DNA of 64,000 nucleotides from Ruditapes philippinarum (Eukaryota): NCBI RefSeq assembly GCF_026571515.1, contig NW_026865396.1, positions 62,001 to 126,000 of the forward strand, read 5' to 3'. Shown piece by piece: positions 58,676 to 64,000 of this stretch (position 1 is its first letter; each line of letters starts with the position of its first letter). The notes under the pieces were generated by a model. It saw only the letters and a program-made list of their open reading frames with translations, ran no database searches and was not told where the DNA came from. The position numbers and the translations under genes were made by a program.

Positions 58676-60154
58676 GTTAGTAAAACAAAAATCTACTGAG
58701 AAATTATTAATAATAATAATAATGATGATGATGATGACCACATGATGATGATATTGATTATGATGATAAACCAATATTTTTAAAGATCCATTTTTACTAC
58801 ACTGTTAACAAGGTTATTTATTTGCATTCAAATATTATTTTCAAATTAATTAAATAAAACTGTTCAGTGTGTGAAAAAATATTACAAGCTGATGAATAAA
58901 TAGAACTTCCTAATGGTTTGAATCCCTCCATACAAAAACAAACAATAAAAAACAAATAAAAAACAAACAAATAAAAACAAATAAAATAAGATATAGATAA
59001 ATTGAAGTAAAAAATGAAGAAAAAGAAGAACAAAAATATTTTTTAAGAAAGACAGAAAGACGACTGTCAAATTAACTTTTTATTGTTGATTATCATAAGT
59101 TTTTTTATGATTATAACTTTAAACATTATTTAACTACTTATTGTGTACCCTTACAATCATATCTTTAACCATTTTGATATTTTTTATGTTTCCTTTTCTC
59201 ATAGGACATCTCTGGCATATGAAGTTGGTGCACCAACATGTTGTTTAAATGTGAAGAAAAGACAACATCCTCTGTCTAAAAGGTAATTATTGATTAATAG
59301 TATTAAAAAACTACGAGTATTTTACCATTTCGCTTTAAGGATTGTACTTCTTTGTAAAAATATATTAGCTAAATTAATTTACATAAATCCGTTCAATTTG
59401 ATAAAAACAGATGAAAAATTATGAAATTTTAAATTTCTTTTTCAGAGTGCTGCAAAATTCTAAACACAATTTTGGAGATTTCTTGACGTCCATTAATAGA
59501 AATAAGCGAAACTATAGTAACAGATTAAATACAATACATAATAACGACAATACAAAGAAAACAACGCAACATAAGAAAGAAACTATTAAAATAAATGATG
59601 ATACAACTAAAGAGACTAATTTAGTATCAATGCTTGGTGAGAGGAACACAAGACGCGCGTTCCTGAGATCCATTCATGATATTGTCAATGGGGATTTAAA
59701 TGATGACATAGTACGGAATGTCCCGCATCAGAAACTTGTTACGGACATTATCGCTGCGTTTGTTCACTCTTGGACAATGCCAAATGAGTTCAAAACTGGA
59801 AATAAATACATAAATTCTGGTCATGTATCTGGATTTAATAATTTAGATATGGAGGACACAGTTCTGAAATCAAATGGTGTTGAAAATGACGTTGAAAGTC
59901 CAAATTCTATGTTAACAACCGAAAACCCCAAGTATTTCAACGCGGTACCAAAACCATTTACTGGTGACTATCACCTGTATAATCACCGCGAAGAAGATTC
60001 TGAAAATAAAATTCCAAGGGTATTACAGCTGCCGTGTTATAAGAATAAAGGTGATACAAAACTGAATTCTTGGTCAAAGCCTAGAATAAAAAGAACACGA
60101 GAACATGCAAATTTCATGCAAAGTAAAATATTGGAAGCATTGAATGGTTTCTAA
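58479..60154 (+). CDS. Uncharacterised secreted precursor, 327 aa (signal peptide, 8-Cys domain, dibasic sites)
   Basis: join 58479..58675,59205..59282,59446..60154 = 984 nt; GT-AG phase-2 introns join in frame; AATAAA at 60159. Confidence 0.75.
58709..58767. repeat. (AAT)n(GAT)n microsatellite
   Basis: read directly; intronic. Confidence 0.85.
59205..59282 (+). CDS. Secreted precursor, coding exon 2
   Basis: strong ttccttttctcatAG acceptor; TSLAYEVGAPTCCLNVKKRQHPLSK; donor GTAATT. Confidence 0.72.
59446..60154 (+). CDS. Secreted precursor, coding exon 3
   Basis: tttctttttcAG acceptor; 235 open codons in very AT-rich DNA (longest ORF in the window). Confidence 0.8.
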
Positions 60155-63100
60155 AAGAAATAAATAATGTTGAATTTCATGTAATTTTTCGTGAGTTCTT
60201 TCTCCAAAATTTTAACTTTTTAAGAAAAAGTGAGGAAATATAAAGCATTAGCTAGGGCGTGTAAAAAACTAAGCGATACTTGCCCTGCTTGCAAAAAATG
60301 TTGCTTACAACAAGTGCAAGGTGTTTGTGTACCAGCTATCAAACAGTACAGCAATACCACGTGACCTTGACGTCTTTTTTGGCATCATTTCCAAGACAAA
60401 CATTGCTCTATGAGCCTTAAGTATTTTATTTCTGTACCAATTTCTTTGGGGAAAAATATAAGCTTGTCACAGAATATTGGATCTCAATCAGTATATGAGC
60501 CGTTGTATCAAACACTTAATTGTATAACCTTAGACGTTGTTTGTATTAGATCGGGCTTTAGTTTCAAGCTACACATGTTTCGTTTTCTTGCATAAGAAGT
60601 CAGGTTAATATTAAATATTATTTCCGTAGTTCGGAAGGCAAACTACCAAAAACCAAAACAATAGCCGCCAATCACAGTCAAATCAATTTAAAAAGCCGTA
60701 TCGATAATTATTTAAGACGATATTCATTAATATCGGTAATAGCAACACCGATAAGAACTAGGATTATGGTCCTTTTTGCACTGATGCGCCCATTTTCCAC
60801 ATTTGCTTGAACAATTGATAGCAAACATATCATTATGTAAAATTTCGCTTACATTTGAAGATTATATACAATTTTTATCAAACATTTGTCAAATGACTGT
60901 CTGGATACTTGACTTGTTTGGTATTATGTTTATCATGTTTTAATTTTAATATGTGTTCCTTTTTTAAATCTTAAAATGCAACAAAAACATTCCTGTCAAG
61001 GACCTCTCCAGGTCATGGCGCAAAAATACATGCACTTACAGCCATGCAATGGCCACATCGATAAAAAATAATCCCGATCGTTTTTATACAATTGATAGTG
61101 TGACAGAAAATATTTGCAAACCATAAAATACGAGGTAAAATTATTTTGTTATCTGCCTCTCATTGGTGACTGATGAAGCTAAATTTGTCAGATATGCAGT
61201 TTAATTATCAACAGAAATAAATGAAATAACAAAATAAAGAGTGTTTAGTGTTCTGAAGGGAACGAAGTCCTATCCAGTTCACGAAAGAGGGTTACCTCGG
61301 GTATGAAAAATGGATGTAAACAATAATCTTCGTCAATGAGTGTCACTGTGTTCGAGGGGTTAGAGTCGATGACTTCTAATCCATTTACCTCATTGGCGAA
61401 TAGTTCGATCCACGGAATAATGCTTGTAGTTGCGCGAGAAGGAGTCTATCTGGTAATCTCGATGGTTACAGAGTACCCGCCTATATGACTAATACTGTGA
61501 AAGGCTAAAATGAAAACAACAAAACAGTCACTGTTTAAAGCTGAATTATCATACTCACACATTCTACGTTTAGCTGTATGTTGCATACGTTTTGACTCTT
61601 ACAAGATAGCAATATAACTTTGCTTTTAACTCGTGAGGCTACCTTCATAGCATACAAATGAGCGTCTATGTGCTCATCAACGAGTCTGAACATTTCATTG
61701 CTTTACATTATAGGATTTTTTTCTCTCTTTCAAATCCACCTGTATGCTTTGAACTTATAGTATTTTTCACAATCATTACAGGAAACATACTAAAAATAAT
61801 TTTCTTTACAAATACAGACAGCAAATGTACGACTTTCATAATCATTTATAGCGCAGCGAGTAAAATCATTTGTACTTGCGGTTTTTAATATACATGTACA
61901 TCGTATAATAAATACAAATGTTTTTTCATAGTTAATATAATTATAGAAAGAGAACGGAAGTTATGTTGCTTTGCATTTGTAACCAATTCTGAAATCTGCT
62001 TTAAACTGTAGTCCGAATTATTCGGCTTGGAATTGGTGCCAGAATTGACAATTGAAGAAAAAGTTAAGATTTACGCCATTAATAATAATATTATAAACAT
62101 ATTCAAGTAGGATTTGTCTTCCGTACTCCAGGTTGATATAAACTTGACTTTTTAATCATGGTGACAATGGATAAAAAATCCAAATAGCTTGCAACCGAAA
62201 TCCGCTCTAATGCAAACAACTACCAAGGTTATATATAAAAGCGGCTCATATACTAAAGGAGATCCAATTTTCTCTGGTAAGCTTATATTTTTCCCCATTC
62301 ACTGGTGCATATTAAAAAAATGGTACAGAAATGAAATACTTACGGTTATTTTCTTTTTTCTAATCAAGCAATATTAGTCTTGGAAATGATGCCGGAAATG
62401 ACGTTAAGGTCAAGTGGTATTGCAACCCCTTATGGTCTAATGTACGACAGGTGCAGTGGCTGAACTGTGCTCTGGTAAATTCAAGGTGGATTACTGCCGT
62501 GATCCGGAGTGAAAACTACCAATACCACCACCATGACGACAGGGTTGTTTTATTACTTTTTTCAATCGTATTATTGATTGCAATACTTAATTTTTTTAAT
62601 TGAAGGCTGCTTTTACTTGCGTTTTTATGGTCTTTTCTGTACTGACAAATTCTAATCCAGTCCTCTCTATATTCAGTTTACAGTATTCATAATTTTTGAA
62701 CATTTTTTCTATATCCATTTGTGTCCGCCTTTAAGTCTCAACGGAAACAAATGAAAATATGTTTCTCTTTATAGTACAATTAAACTTTCACTGAACTATC
62801 AATAAATGCTTAAGGAAATTATGCATGTTTTTTCAATAGAAGAAGTTCTTATCAGGTCAACAAGCGCGCAAAAGCGGCTACGTGACTAAAACTACACTCA
62901 AGATTTGTTGGTACAAAATCTTGAATCGAACTATCAAATGCAAGGTCGAATATTACTTGCAAAAGAAATAGTGTGGAATTGTGGATATTTCTTACAGGCC
63001 TTTTGTCTCCCTTCCTAAAAAAATGTTGTAGAAAAAATAAATGGTTGTAAATGGGATGTATGTTTAAAAAAATCAAATTTTATCCAAAATGCAAGGAATT

Positions 63101-64000
63101 TGACTTCCTGCAGGTCCTAGGTGGCTGTGTATTGCTGTAGACATATTGTATTATTTCTGTCCTTTAAGGACTATGATTGCTGAAAGTTGAATGTTGCTTT
63201 TACTAGCGCTTGGGGCCTGAGGGATGTACGTTGTGTGTGTGTTTTTTTCTTTCATTTATTTTCCTGTTGTGACAAAAACCGTAGTCATTTCTGCTCTACT
63301 TTCAAGCTGATGTGCGTTGGAATATCTGGAGAATGTATGATCCCTCGGAAGCATTAAGTCGCATTTTCATAGTCTCTGTGTCATGATTAGTTTCAAATGA
63401 AAGTTTGTATATCTAAAGTACATTTAAGTTTTTCTTTTTAATGGTATTGTTTATCATTGAAATAACACAAGGAGGTCAAGTTGGTACGTGTCAACAAGTC
63501 AGTACGCGAATATTTTCACAATCACGTATTATTATAAATTAATAGTTCAAAATATAGGATGACAACTTATTCATTTTAATTTTACCACATAACAAAATGG
63601 AAAATACAAATGTACTTACTTGTAGATCATATGTTTTTTCTACGGTTGGTTGTAATATTCCTTCATGAACATTGTATCATCAACCTTAGGATACACTGTC
63701 CACTCTTTTTTTAATTTTGTCATAAGGCAGCTTTCTGTGATGTGATACGCAGGTTTTTTAACTTCTCTTTCCCTCTCCAACTTTCATTTTATTTAGTCTT
63801 CAACCATTTCTTGTTTTGCTTCCAGTATTTTTCTTATTTAATGGTCCACATGTCGTTTGTCATGAATGCCACGAAAGTGCTACATCGGAAGTAACTTGAT
63901 CATCGCCATTCATGAGGTTAAAATCAACTGAAGTGCAAGAGGTGTTAGCGTTTACCATTGCAGTTTAACTTGGCTAAATATTTTAGCTTTCAGCTGTCTT

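Noticed and set aside
62380-62545. GC-richer block with an open frame
   Set aside because: No recognisable protein motif or convincing splice-site pair.

Overview
This is AT-rich, intron-rich animal genomic DNA; the repeat repertoire suggests a bivalve mollusc (inference). Three spliced protein-coding genes can be rebuilt by hand. (1) RAB23 is on the minus strand: 7 coding exons from ATG 16677, running off the left edge. (2) USP14/Ubp6 is complete and divergently oriented on the plus strand: 18 exons, 31733..53607, 492 aa, with one U12-type intron. (3) An unrecognised 327-aa secreted precursor lies at 58479..60154: signal peptide, 8-Cys domain, several KR sites. Introns are packed with non-autonomous DNA transposons (Sola-, Zator-, Kolobok-, piggyBac-, hAT- and Helentron/HINE-like), tRNA-derived SINEs and minisatellites. 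One of these is a 3.3-kb Sola-like element with a decayed, intron-containing transposase. The most interesting unexplained signals are: a 38-nt stop-containing cassette exon in USP14 intron 5 whose two splice sites lie inside a four-hairpin RNA structure; a 72-bp duplication giving RAB23 a decoy acceptor that leads to an immediate stop; a 29-bp minisatellite of acceptor-like units abutting a RAB23 exon; and the orphan Cys-rich precursor. Most ORF-track entries are spurious. All family assignments come from motif recognition; no searches were run.
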